Source of the DNA: Takakia lepidozioides
Taxonomy: Eukaryota; Plantae; Bryophyta
Length of the DNA: 64,000 nt
Direction: 5' to 3'
Assembly: GCA_030704615.1 (NCBI GenBank)
Contig: CM060733.1
Coordinates: forward strand, 10,416,001 to 10,480,000
Below the pieces are notes generated by a model that had not been told where the DNA came from, did no database searches, and was given only the letters and a program-made list of their open reading frames with translations. Shown here piece by piece: positions 25,420-37,466 of this stretch (position 1 is its first letter; each line of letters opens with the position of its first letter). A program made the position numbers and the translations under genes.

Positions 25420-26090
25420 AAAGTCTCGAGGACGAAGGACCTCTTTGTGGGTTGTGTTTACATGCCCACAGAGGGGACCCTTAGTGCTGATGCAGACAAA
25501 GCCTTCGAAGATGTAAAGCTGGACTGTGCTTCGTTCCTTGCCAAAGGTCAGGTGGTGCTATTGGGTGACTTCAATGCCTGGGTGGGCAAAGGGCTCCATC
25601 AGGACGATATCATTGGACTTTTTGGTGAGGACAAACTGGCAGACGGTTAATTAATTGGCTAGAAGAGCTTCAGCTTTTGACCTTGAATAACAGGACAAGA
25701 GGTGACCAAGTGCAATGGACTCGTGAGAAATCCCAAACTAGGGAACGTTCCATTGTGGATTATATCATAATGGACAAAAATTTGTTCCCCCAGTGTGCCA
25801 ATGTGTTGATCGACAGAACTGATATTGGTACCTTTGACCAGTTCCTAGTTTGGACTGAGATCAAAAGGTGTTTTCCCAACACCAAGAGATCTGTGAAACA
25901 TTCGATTCGGAAGTGGCGCATAGAAAAACTCCATAATGAGGAGGTCAAGGCTGAGTATGTCCAGGCCTTGCAAGAGGCTCTCCCTCATTTTGTCCAATCG
26001 CTCCAAGAACTTCAGTCTCGCTCTAATAACGCAAGAAATGAAGTCAAAAGAGCAGGGGACTCTTGGGAGAGTTTCGTTTCCTCCATCTGT
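25420..26090 (+). mobile_element. LINE AP-endonuclease fragment
   Basis: Motifs VGCVYMP, VLLGDFNAWVG, SIVDYII and DQFLVW of the APE endonuclease; disrupted by stops. Confidence 0.8.
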
Positions 26091-26310
26091 GTCCCATTGG
26101 CCCTGTGTTCCATCTCCCGTTTCCTCATGTGCATCACCAGTTTGCACCCCATTATCTATAGTTGCAAATGTCTCCCGGAGCATTCTAAGCATGTGAAGAT
26201 TACGATCCAAGGTATCAGGACCACCTGCAAGGCTGGTTTCCGTTCTAAACCCCTCATGTTCGTCTCCAGAGTTTTCTGGCTTAGTACATATCAGACGCCA
26301 CATGTCAATC

Positions 26311-26723
26311 CACTATAAGATGGGGAGTTTTTTCATTTGCAATAGTGGATGTGGAACGTGCCATTATACAGCCACGTGGCAATAGGAAAACGGGCATGTA
26401 CAATACTCTACACCTTACAACAATACCGCTACCAGGAATTTGAACTGTTTCTTATAATTTCAAAGTATGCATCTGCAAAGGGAAGAGAATCCAGAGATAT
26501 GCACCGGGAGTTCTCGTAAGTTAGGATCTCGCAAGTTCAAAAGCAGATGACGCTTAGCCCGGCCAATGGTTTGCCAGTTCCCACCATGACAGGCATTGCA
26601 TGGACATAGAATTTTCCGAAGACCCAGTCTTCTTGCTCGCGCTTCCTCTAGTTTCCACAATCTGTCATCGTCATGTTCTGATTGTGTCCGCCTTTGCAAT
26701 CGACGGGCAGTAGGAGGGATCAT
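26311..26723 (-). mobile_element. CACTA-related remnant: CACTATAAGA terminus-like motif and transposase-associated domain
   Basis: CACTATAAGA at 26311(+). ORF 26460-26723(-) contains ILCPCNACHGGNWQTIGRAKRHLL, like the CPCxxC...HL transposase-associated motif. Confidence 0.5.
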
Positions 26724-28512
26724 CTTGGCGAGTGAGTGAGACTCGTCAGGAAATGGAGACCCAAATAGAGTGTCCAGAAGTTACACCAGGGCGCAAGCCT
26801 ACAACGAGGGAGGTAGAATGAGCAAAGCGTCAAGCGGAGAACAAGGCATTCTTCGCACGACTGAAGATCTACGACATTGCAAAGAGGTCCGAACTTCCGT
26901 TTTTTTTCATATCCCCTACCTAGCCCTAGCCATGAAACCGCATTAAAAGCTCCAAACCTACAGAGAGGATATGTTAGGGTTTTGCAGCTGCTGACTTTGT
27001 CTTTCTTCTTCTTTGCAGCGTCGAAGAGAGCTTGAATCGCCCTAAACGCCTCGTTGAGGATATCCTCAAACACACAGGTCCTCCTCGCCGAAGTCACAGA
27101 GTTCAACCCCTGCACTCTGCAATGTCACAACAGGAGAAAGAGGTAGAGCAAGAGGAGGAAGTGCAGGTTCAAGCGGAGTCAGACACAGAGGAGGCACGAG
27201 AGCAAGAATTGCAGCGAGACCAAGATTATGCCGCACATGAAGACTTGAATGAGACCAGCTCGGAGTCAGAGATGGAAACGATGAAAGAAGCCCCAACAAA
27301 GACAAAGCGCGCAAAGCACCCTGCAAACTCCCCAACCCACTAGCAGGTTTGCGATCTGCACCAAAGTTCTGTCTCCATGTGCATATGAAAGGGCAGTGAG
27401 GGTAAGAAACAATTACAACAGGGTTGTTGGGCATGAGTCTTGCATATGAGTTTGGGTGGGAAAAGGCTCACTGGAATGTCAACTCCAGTTGCTTGCTTTT
27501 TGGCTTGGTTTGGATTGTAATGAGGCCAACAGTTGTGGGGGTCATACTTCTTCTTCAACAAAGCCATATAGATAGTGCAGCACTAGAGGCACTTGAAGTC
27601 CTTACCCCTAAACCCTCCAACATCTCTTTGCCAATTCAACTTGTGGACCATGTGCCTTTGTTTTCAGCAATGTGAGTGTTGGTACTCTTATGGTATGCTT
27701 GACTCTCCTTCATGATGGTATATAAATGTTGCCTCTTTTTCCTTTTTCATCTTGAACCCATAAACTGAGAATAGTGGTTTTGACTCGGTGATTGTCTCTC
27801 ACCAATCCATGGACCAAGAAGAACAACAACATGAACGGTAGTGACAAGCCACTTTGTCAGCTCCCAAAAGTATGGGACATCTGTCACATTGTTGGCTATC
27901 ACTTAAACAAAGAGAGGGGATAAGAATGAAGAAGAAAAAGAAGAGACAAGACAGAGAAGAGAAGGAGGAAGAGATAAAGGGGTAAGTGAAGTCCCTGGGC
28001 TTGCACAAGCTCCCCACTCGATCTCACATATATAAGAGTCAATGTATAGTTATATGTACTCTTACTCTTTATCTTCTTTTCTGTCCCCTCTTTTTTGCAT
28101 TCTCTCTTCCTTCACTATCACAGACACTTGCTCTGGGAAAATGGTAAACCTTCCGCAGCAATACAGTCATAGTGTGGAGGAGGGGCTTGCCAATGTCCAT
28201 TTGTTCCCTTCATGTGTCTCCGATCTGAGGCAAAGAAACGCAGATACATAGGCGCAGACACCACTCTATATAATCTGCACAATGAGTAGCCAGTCAGTGG
28301 TTTCTAAAAACAGACACATGTACTCAATGACCGTTCCCTCTGTGAACAATGGGTGGAATTCAGTCAATACTGGTTACCAGAATCTATAATAGTAGAGGAG
28401 GGTGAAGAATACAACAGGACTGAAGACAGGAAGATAGACAGAAAGGAAGAAACTTTAAAACATCCACAGGGGCCTAGAGGGCGCATGTAGAAAAGAGAAC
28501 AACAAGAACCTT

Positions 28513-29860
28513 GGAGAGAGAGATTATACTCATAAGACATTGTTTGCCATAGCCTTGTGGCCATTGACCCCGCGCCCAATTTGAGTGGGAACAAAAGGGA
28601 CAAAACCTACCTCTGTCAGGGGCTGACGTTGGTAGTAAGACTTACCTTCATATTTAGAATTAATTCGGGTTTTCCAGATATCCTCTAGAAATCCCTTCAC
28701 ACAAGCATCAATCTACTGTGTGTGATTGCCCAAAAACTAGGCCTCAGGAGGGCCTGGCTTTTGGCTCAGCCTCGAGACTTTCAAAGTTGGTAAACAGGGG
28801 TACAGACACAATTCCCTTGATAGATTTGAAGAGAGCGTCTCTTTGGTGAGAGAATCCCGGACAATGTATCAGAAAATGAATATTGTCTTCAGATTGCCCA
28901 CACAACGGGCAATTGCACTCTCCCTTTTCTCTCCGCTTCTGTTTGCTGTTCAAAGGTAGGCTTCCTGCCCTCTAGTGCCGAGAGTGGGTAGACCCTTGAG
29001 GTCATCCATGATGTCCTCCCCATGTCACAGACTGGAAACAAGTTCAGGAAAGTTTTCTGCCTAACTTCATTTTCATCAGAGAGAGAGAGATTGTACTCAT
29101 AAGACGTTGTTTGCCGTAGCCTTGTGGACATTGACCCCGCGCCCAGTTTGAGCGGGAACAAAAGGGACAGAACCTACCTCTGTTAGGGGCTGACGTTGGT
29201 AGTAAGACTTACCTTCATATATAGAATTAATTCGGGTTTTTCATATATCCTCTAGAAATCCTTCTTGTATAGATTGACAATGACGCCCTGTCACCAGCGA
29301 AAGGGGATCGTTTCAGTCTTCTAGATCAGGTTAAAGAGGAGAACTAGGGCCTTTATCATGGGATCGCCACCGTGCTTGATAAGCTCGTTGACAATACCAT
29401 CAGGTCCACCAGCTTTATATCCATTTAAATGTTCAATTGCTTCCACAATCTCAGAAGGACTAATGGGAGCGTTATAAGCCATCGAAATATACTCCAGTTC
29501 ATTAGGGCTGTTTTGCATCATAGGAACAGTTTTTCCAACTGTGTCCCTCCATTCAGTCGAAGACCCCTCACTGTTAGACCTAGAAGTTATGCCAAGGATA
29601 TTGTAGTGAGTTTCAAAGGTTTTGACAATGTCAACCGATGAAGTCACCACTGCACCTTTAGTAGTCTTCAGCGCTTGTACTTGCTGACCGTTTTTCGGCT
29701 TGTACAAATGTTGAAGGGCCAACCAGAATTTCTTGTCATTACCACCATGGTGGTTTGAGTTTATTTCACTGTATAACTTGTCCCAGTATAATTTCTTCTG
29801 AGACCTAACAAGCTGATTGATATCTTTACGGAGACACAGATGGAGTGCCAAAGCAGACTG
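28513..29860 (-). mobile_element. Two head-to-tail truncated LINE copies
   Basis: 29860-29078: pre-RT/RT start (EIVEAIEHLNGYKAGGPDGIVNELIK) joined by deletion to the 3' end plus CT tail. 29075-28513: C-terminal CPLCGQSEDNIHFLIHC plus a second, near-identical 3' end with CT tail. Confidence 0.8.
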
Positions 29861-30692
29861 ATGGTGGACTGAAGAGCGATGGTGATCGTGGTGCAGCGAG
29901 TGCCTTACGTTTTGAGCACGAGGCATCCAGGGCTTTATATGTAGGGAGTTCTTTCTCTCGATTGTCTGCTACCTTACTGCTGTTAAATGCTTGTCAAACC
30001 CATGGTGTGTCAAACACCTTTGTCGATGAACTCCTTACATGGTTAGGAAGACAACTGTTGCCAGCGGACAATTGCCTGCCAAAGTCCCACTATGAGGCAA
30101 AACAACTCATAATGGAACTCGGGCTTCATTACGAGAGTATACATGCATGTCCGAAAGGCTGTTGCTCAGAAGGGAGCTTCAGAATTTGGAAGTTTGTCCA
30201 AAATGTCAGGCACGTCGTTATGTGGTGGGTACGAAGACACTAGTACCTCGTAAGGTCCTTCGACATTTCCCTATCATTCCAAGGCTGCTTCAAATGTATA
30301 AAGCCAAATCCATCTCAGAGTTAATGTCATGGCACTTTAAGAATCGAAGTCAGGATGGCTTGGTTAGGCACCCAACAAACAGCAAGGCTTGGGCCCACAT
30401 TGACCAAAAATGGCCTGAGTTTGCAGCGGACCCCAGAAATCTGCGATTGGGTCTCGCATGGGATGGTGTCAATCCTTACAGTGATAAATCAAACAAATGG
30501 TCAACTTGGCCTGTCATGTTGGTAAACTATAATCTTCCACCCTGGCTGTGTACTAAGCCATTTTTCACGATGTTGGCTTTATTGATTCCTGGACCACAAT
30601 CTGTGGGAAATGACAATGCAGATGTTTATCTGCAGCCCCTGGTGGATGAGCTGAAATTGTTGTGGGAAGTTGGTGTGGAGGCATACCAGTAG
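29860..30692 (+). pseudogene. CACTA/En-Spm transposase (Transposase_21 / TnpD-like) fragment
   Basis: YESIHACPKGC, LRHFPIIPRL, HPTNSKAWAHID, DPRNLRLGLAWDGVNPY, STWPVMLVNYNLPPWLC, LIPGP and DVYLQPLVDELKLLW. Frameshifted near 30160 and truncated. Confidence 0.9.
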
Positions 30693-31899
30693 AGGGGAGA
30701 AAGTGGGGCCCTCAGCAGACGAGTTGAAAAGCACTAGTTAAAAAACACTGGCGCTTGATAGGGTGGGGCAAAATTCAGGCTGGGGCGATCATTGATATCC
30801 TGGACGCAGTGTAAAAAAGACAGTTGTGAGTGAAGTACACCCGTCAAAAAAAAACCCTGCTGTCTCAAAAAGGGAGCCAGTCACAAAGAACAAGGCACTT
30901 TGTCCAAGCTTCTCGACATCAAGCAACAATGTGGACAGGGAGGGAGTCATTGGGAACAATTTTTGTAAGGTGGTGAAGAAAACCTTGTCTGAGGATCACT
31001 GGATATTTCTCTAGTACGGTTGGACTAGTAGAGATTGAAATTCGTGCTCAGCTCAACTTCAGACTGTCCCATTGTGAGGGGTCATGGTTGACTGGACAGA
31101 AATGGGATTGACATTTTTGACGCTCACAAATCTTTGAGACGACATGTGGTAGTTTTATCTATAGCTTCTCAAAGCAATTGTTGTACATTGTTGATTATAG
31201 TGTGACATTCTCATAACGATATTGTCGTCAGCTGCATGAGCAGTGCATCTTTTTGGATTGCTGGTTCCCGAAGGGATTATATGTGACAGGACAGAGGGCA
31301 AGTTATAGTCAATAGTTGCAAGCAGTGTTCAATATTGAAGAGAATTCTATGCCCTTTCGGTTCTGCCGATCTCCTTCTCATTTTACTTGAGGTTGTCTAT
31401 TTTGAGAGCTTTGATGTTTGGATGAAAATGCATTTTGGCATCAACTTAAATGGATGGCCTGCATTGGTGGGCATTCAGATTCTAAACGAGCTGGCAAAGA
31501 AAAACTACAAGTCCCACAGCCCTCTACATGCAGACCCCATAACCCTAATAACCTTTTTGAACTTTTAAATTCTCTAAACAAAAGTCTATGTGTTATGTCG
31601 TCCAATGCATGTTGAATAGAGGTGGAAGTCATTTCATCCATCTATCTTCCACCTAGATGGTCAATGTGCCACGCCATATAGTTGCCCCAAATTCCTGTAG
31701 GACATCTCACACTAACCTCACACTCCATGACTCATTTCACACTCATGTCAAATGCCCCATATGCATTATCTTGGTCAACACCTGTTGACCGTATGGGTGT
31801 CATTCGAGTGTGAAATTTGTAACACCATGTGGGTTTTCCTACAATGGTCCAGATAACAGCTTGCCTCCTCTCACATGGGTGTAAGAGGAGCTGTTCAAA

Positions 31900-33388
31900 G
31901 TGCTAGGTGTGAACTATGGGTGGTGTTGGAAAAACCAGTTTCTGTAGTAGTGGTTGTCTGCTGACCAAAGTCTTGTGAACTCGTCTGAGCAGACTTGTGT
32001 GTAGTCTCTTAGGCAGAGTATTGTGGAGTCTGCTGGAAGGGATTCTCAGACACAGGAGCAGACTCATGGGCAGTCTTGCAGTTACTCTGTTGGGCGTTGG
32101 TAAATCCTCAATATCCATCATCCTGTATGACTTTTGAGCTTAGCCATGTCTTCGTTCGTTCACTGGCAAGAGTCATCGATGAATTTGAAGTGAGCGAACC
32201 AATCTGTAGACCAGTAAACCGCATCATAGACCTTACAACAAAATCCGATGAGGGAAGTCCAGCAAACCCGGCCCTACATGTCTCTGATTGCACCCTTCCC
32301 ACCGCTTTCAACCCTGAGTCTATTCTATCAGCAGACCCTCAAAACTTACTTGATGGTGAAATTGATAGTCTGCTGGTGTGCCTACAAGACCAGAACCACT
32401 GTATGGCAGAGCAGGACAGGCAGCAGATTGACAAAACTACCAATGGGAGTGCACATACGACCAGAGAGGAGACTACCCTGGACACTGTAGAGTACACTGC
32501 CTAGGAGATTTGCCACGAGGGGACTAACCGGGATAAAGGGCAGGACACTGTCCAGCAGACTGCATGGGGAGTTGTCTAGCAGACTAGGCAGGAGACTGTC
32601 GTGGGTGCAGATGGCATTGTTCCGGAGTCTGCCAACGACATTGCCCCAGAGACTACAGATGACTCGTGTGGGCCAAAGTGTGTGGGTGAACTTATCCGGC
32701 GGGGAAAAGTCGATTCTGGCACCATTGACAAAGGGTTGGCAGACATTAAAAAGTTGGGTTGGGCAGATGATGTCCGTTAAAATTGGGTCAAATGCTCAGA
32801 TATCCACTGTTGGTCAGGCCGTTGAATGTGCCACTGTCCCGTTATAACAGACTCAGTAACAAATGTTGTGGGCAAGTCGTGGAGGACAATCTGTGGAGGG
32901 TACTGTTCAGCAGACTCCACTGAGGTCTGCTGCGAGGTCTTCTGGGTCTTCTGGTAAAGCTGGTCGCAATGGGAGGTCATTTTCAGTGTCATCCCGAGTC
33001 TTCTGTTCAGTCTGTTTGCGAGTATCCTGGTCACAGGCGTCTCGAGACTCCACGGTAGTCTGCTGATTTCCCAAGGCAGTCTGCTCCATGACATGTCTTG
33101 TCTGCTCAATTTCCATGCCAATCTGCTGAGACTCCAAACTAGTCTGCTGAGACTGCATAACAGTCCGCTGAAAATCCCCGGCAGTCTCTTGAGACCTCCC
33201 CCCAGCCTGCCGGACCTAGCCAGCCTTACGGACAGTCTCCTGGTTTTCATGACCCTGCATAGCCAGGACAACCTTTCTAGCAGCCCTAGCAAGGGAGTCG
33301 AAAGCACTCAACATGCGATTTCCAGGTCCCGCTGTCCGCCCTGCATGGAACACAAAAAACGATATAAACACATACGGTTGAGGATTGA

Positions 33389-33422
<34 letters not shown>

Positions 33423-35400
33423 GAGCAGTGAATGAGGCAGAGCAGCGCGCGAGTACCTTCCAGCTGATTTCCAACGAGTCCGATGTCCTTAATTTGGCGG
33501 TCGAGCAGTGCGGAATCAAGGTGGGCAAGCGCGGAACTGCGGTCGTGATGCGACATTCCAGACCACAACACTCTGAACACGTTTGGTTTGCGCAAGACAA
33601 TGTCAAACACAACACGCTCCATTACATACGAGAACCACAACATAGCCTCATCTACAACAGTTTCTTGTGCTTGTGATCCATCTGTAATAGACTCTCTTGC
33701 CTGTGATCCATGTAGGAAGTCTTGCCGAAGAGTGGGCAAGTCCTTCAGCAACTTCTTGTATGATGTGAAATTCCAAATTGCATCCACCGATGCTACAGGA
33801 ACGATGATGCCATCCAGTCGAAGTGGACTGCACTCACTGCGGACAAGTGCTTCTTGCGGACACCGAACGTTGGGTGTGCCATAGCCATATGCCGCACCTC
33901 CTCCGGGCGAGGGTCATCCATAAGAAGGAGCTGAACAAGGAGTGGCGGTTCATTTCCTTCACTCAAAGAAGAAACAACAACTTTCCCTGCTTGCTCCAGA
34001 ACATGGTTGGCTTCTTCCGTAGTATACTCCATGGAATAGAGATAAGGGACAAAGGGCCACCTCCAAGATCTCTCAGCAGACCACAACACTCAGCAGACCA
34101 TGGCAATGAGCAGACCACTGCCTTTAGCAGACTCCAGAGATTGGGGCAGAATAATTAAGAGACCGAACTATGGACGTGCATAGTCAGTTGAAGTTCAGCA
34201 AACTGATCGACAGTAGTCTCAAAAAATTGCAGGAATGGTTTGATGGCATTACCTCGTCAAGTATGTAGCCCGCATCGCCATCACGCATGGCATTCAACCA
34301 CTTTTCTTCGGCTTCTTGAATACTTGTTGTTATCCGTCCTGTCTGCACATATCTGAAGAAAAAGGGGAAGAACTGTGGATCGTCTTGGGGTGGGCAGACC
34401 GGTGGGAGAACGCCAAACTGAAGTAGGTGCAAAGTTCCCGGGCAGGCTGGACCAGTAGACTTGTGTGGGGTCTTTTCACGTCCCATATCTTCGGTCTGCC
34501 CAAACCGCAGACCAGGCTGCTGGGTCTCCTGGGCGGTGTGGGCAAGAGAGGTGTTGTCGTCGAGGCTGTCTATGAGCATGTCCAAGTTTGTCCTCTCAGA
34601 TAAGGCAATATCCACTGCACTGGACAGTGGACCTTGCCCTTCGAAGTCATTATTTCAGATGATGTTGTCGGTACGCTCGGCAGACCGGCGGGGCATAACA
34701 TCGGCAGATTCAGACTCACTGGAGGAACTGATGGGTATAGTCTGTTGGGACTTTCTGGTATGGCGCGCATCGGGCGGACTCCCATGTAGGCCCGCAATGC
34801 TTGCATCCCGAGCAGAGCTTGCCTTACGCGCTTTGAACGGACCCCCCCCTGCAGGACTGACATGTTTGCATCGCGAGCAAACCTTGCCGCTTTCGCTCCC
34901 GCTTTTTTTTGTTGCCCCATCACTGAGTTTTCGCTTGCGGGGGGGAGTACCAAAATCTCCGCAGCTTCTTCAAATGCGTGACGTGCACAAACTCGATCCA
35001 GTCGGGTCCGCCCTTCGTGCAGGTTTCCTCCATCGCCTATACAACACAACAGAGAAAGGCAAAGGGCCCAACAAAAAGGGAGACGTGCAAAGAATGGAGG
35101 AAAACAGAAAGTGCGAGAACCGGCGAGAACGAACACTACATACGAGGACAGACAGAGAAGCGAGAACCAAAATGACAAGTACACAGCAGAAGACGAGGAA
35201 CTCAACGGGCTACGGGTGCAACGGTCTTGGCGACTGTTGGGGTCTAAGATGACTCTCCAAATCTGCGCGCGGAAAGAAGTCTGCGCAAGGAAGATAGACG
35301 TTGACATAAAAATAGACCACATCACCGGCGGGAAGGTGAAGTTGAAGTTCAAGCTGACCCAAAAGCGGAAATGCAGTACACCCACGGCACGACGTGGCGT
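31900..35400 (-). pseudogene. Decayed multi-exon second gene of the MULE, convergent with the transposase; function unknown
   Basis: Chain of minus-strand ORFs (34570-35385, 34184-34615, 33793-34089, 33308-33787, 32777-33307/32907-33158) with plausible GT-AG junctions. No recognised domain. Confidence 0.45.
33390..33421 (+). repeat. Poly-G homopolymer (32 G)
   Basis: Read directly from the sequence. Confidence 0.9.
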
Positions 35401-36626
35401 GCCATGATTGACGCTGCCACCGTTGCCGTTGCATATACTAGGTCTACCGAGTGCACAACAGACCGAGTGAATAGCAGACAGAGTCCGGCAGACTAGAATC
35501 AGTAGACCGATTTGAGCAGACCAACAGGTAATCCACTAGCAGGTCCACCCGACTGCAACAGGCTGATGACGAAACAGACTATACAAAACAGACAAACTGG
35601 TAGGTTGACAGACTGGCAGGTCAACATGGTCATTATTCCGTCACCCTCTATAACAAGCTGCAGGCAGACTAGACTGACGGTGCGACATAGAGAACAGACT
35701 AGCTGAAAAGACTGGCAGGACAACAGACTGGAAGACGGAAGGGTATCCAGCCAAGTTTTCGACGCGACACCATGGTTTCACAGTTTCTCACAACAGACCA
35801 GCGTACACAGACGCCGCAAGACCGTTGTCAGGACAGACTAACATCGCAACAGACTCGCGAACATATTCCAGGCCGATGTGAGGACACAGCCTCGCGACGG
35901 ATGGATGCGGCTACCTCAACATGAATAATATAAAATTGAACGACACCATATCCCAAATGTAAACTAAGGTCGTCCCTCAGTCTGGAACGGTAACCATGGG
36001 CAAGATGATAGCGAAAATCGCCGGAGCATATGCACATGAGGGCGTGTAAAAACATTGCAGATTCCATATCCAGCCATGAACTGTTATGTGTGTCTTGGGC
36101 AGAGTTATCGTCAGTCTGTCAATTGTGTCTGCTGGGCTGTGTTAGCTTGAGACTCCTGAACTATCTCACATCTACAGTATGGGTCTCCTTGTAAAAAAGT
36201 CGGGTTCGACAGCCAATAGTTGTCGGCCTGGATACCCATATGTCTGTTGCTTCGTTAGTCTTGCTTCGTTGGTCTGGTAATCGGAGCCTCTTAGGCAGGC
36301 TTGTAATCGGTCCGCCCATTGGAATAAACCCTAACAACACATTGGCCATTTTGCGATGACCGGACAAAGGCCAAACCAAGTGGGCAAAACGCATTACATG
36401 TACAATGAAATCGCAAAAACGGCCCCGCCAGCAACAAAAAAATGACGAAAATAATGGAAGCATATGCACGATGGTGGTTGTAGGGCTCCGACTCCTCTCC
36501 TGCCCTTCCACATCATGACAAAATGTCACAAAAACACAAAGACACGAACACTCTGCCAGGCAACGCCTACCGCGGGCACGCACCGCAGTTTCGTACAACA
36601 AAGATCGACATCCTGATGGCAATGGC

Positions 36627-36969
36627 GAGATAAGGCCCTAAATTGGAGGGCTGCGATGGGATTCGTCCTGAACGGCCCAGATCTTGCAGGCGGGCGGACT
36701 AGCGGACAGGCGGACTAGCGGGAGCGGACCTGCCGCAGTGGACTAGCCCCAGCAGACCCGCCCCAGCGGACTAGGCGCAACGGACAGGCCGCAGCCGAGC
36801 AGCCGGTGGACGGACCCGGGCGGGGCAGCCGCGGCAGCAACGGCGGGTGTGGGCGACCACGGGCAGGTGGGCGCGCCCCCTCGTCCGGACGCCCCCTTGT
36901 CCGGACGGCGGGCCCACCGTCCTTCTCGCAGGCTTGCATTCATGACCCTATTATTGTGAAATGAGAGGC
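36627..36969 (-). repeat. Right TIR of the MULE
   Basis: Its reverse complement matches 20626-20906, with extra GGACTAGC-type repeats. Confidence 0.9.
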
Positions 36970-37466
36970 AGCTGTAATTGTATCTATGGTGACAGAGAAG
37001 AGTTTAACACAAGGTTAGAATTTATTGAATGGACGTCAATTCAAATGGGGACCAATCCAAGTCACTTTATGAAGCAAGGTAGTTGGGTCTTGATATTCAT
37101 GCAAGATGTTTAAGATCAAGTGCTTTACTTGGTAGAATTTTACCTTCCATGTTGGGATTACTGACCACAGAAGGTATCTCTTCATGTACCATGGAGATAA
37201 AGGTCAAAAATGTTTAATCCCAATTGTCTCAGATGTTGTGGTTTCTCTTTGGAGAGTCTGTGGCTCATGTATGCGAGGAATGGCACCAATGGCCTCAGGA
37301 AGGCAAGTGAAAACATGTGTATCTATATGACAAAGGTGTACGGTCTAATGCCATGTTTGGCATGCCAAAAGTACGTTGATACCCATATGGTCCGCTCTTA
37401 ATCCTTGCAGAGATACCTGTCCCTGACGTTTGACCAACACACTCCCTCAAGATGATGATGCTTGTT

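Larger units (their letters stand above)
20626..36969. mobile_element. Large Mutator-like element (MULE), 16.3 kb, with nested insertions
   Basis: Long imperfect TIRs starting GCCTCTCATTT(T/C)ACAATAATAGGGTCATG. 9-bp TSD AGATGTAAT (20617-20625) / AGCTGTAAT (36970-36978). MULE transposase immediately inside the left TIR. Confidence 0.92.

Noticed and set aside
31191-31202. TTATAGTG as the right CACTA terminus pairing with 26311
   Set aside because: Only an 8-bp match, and the 3-bp flanks differ (ATC vs TGA).
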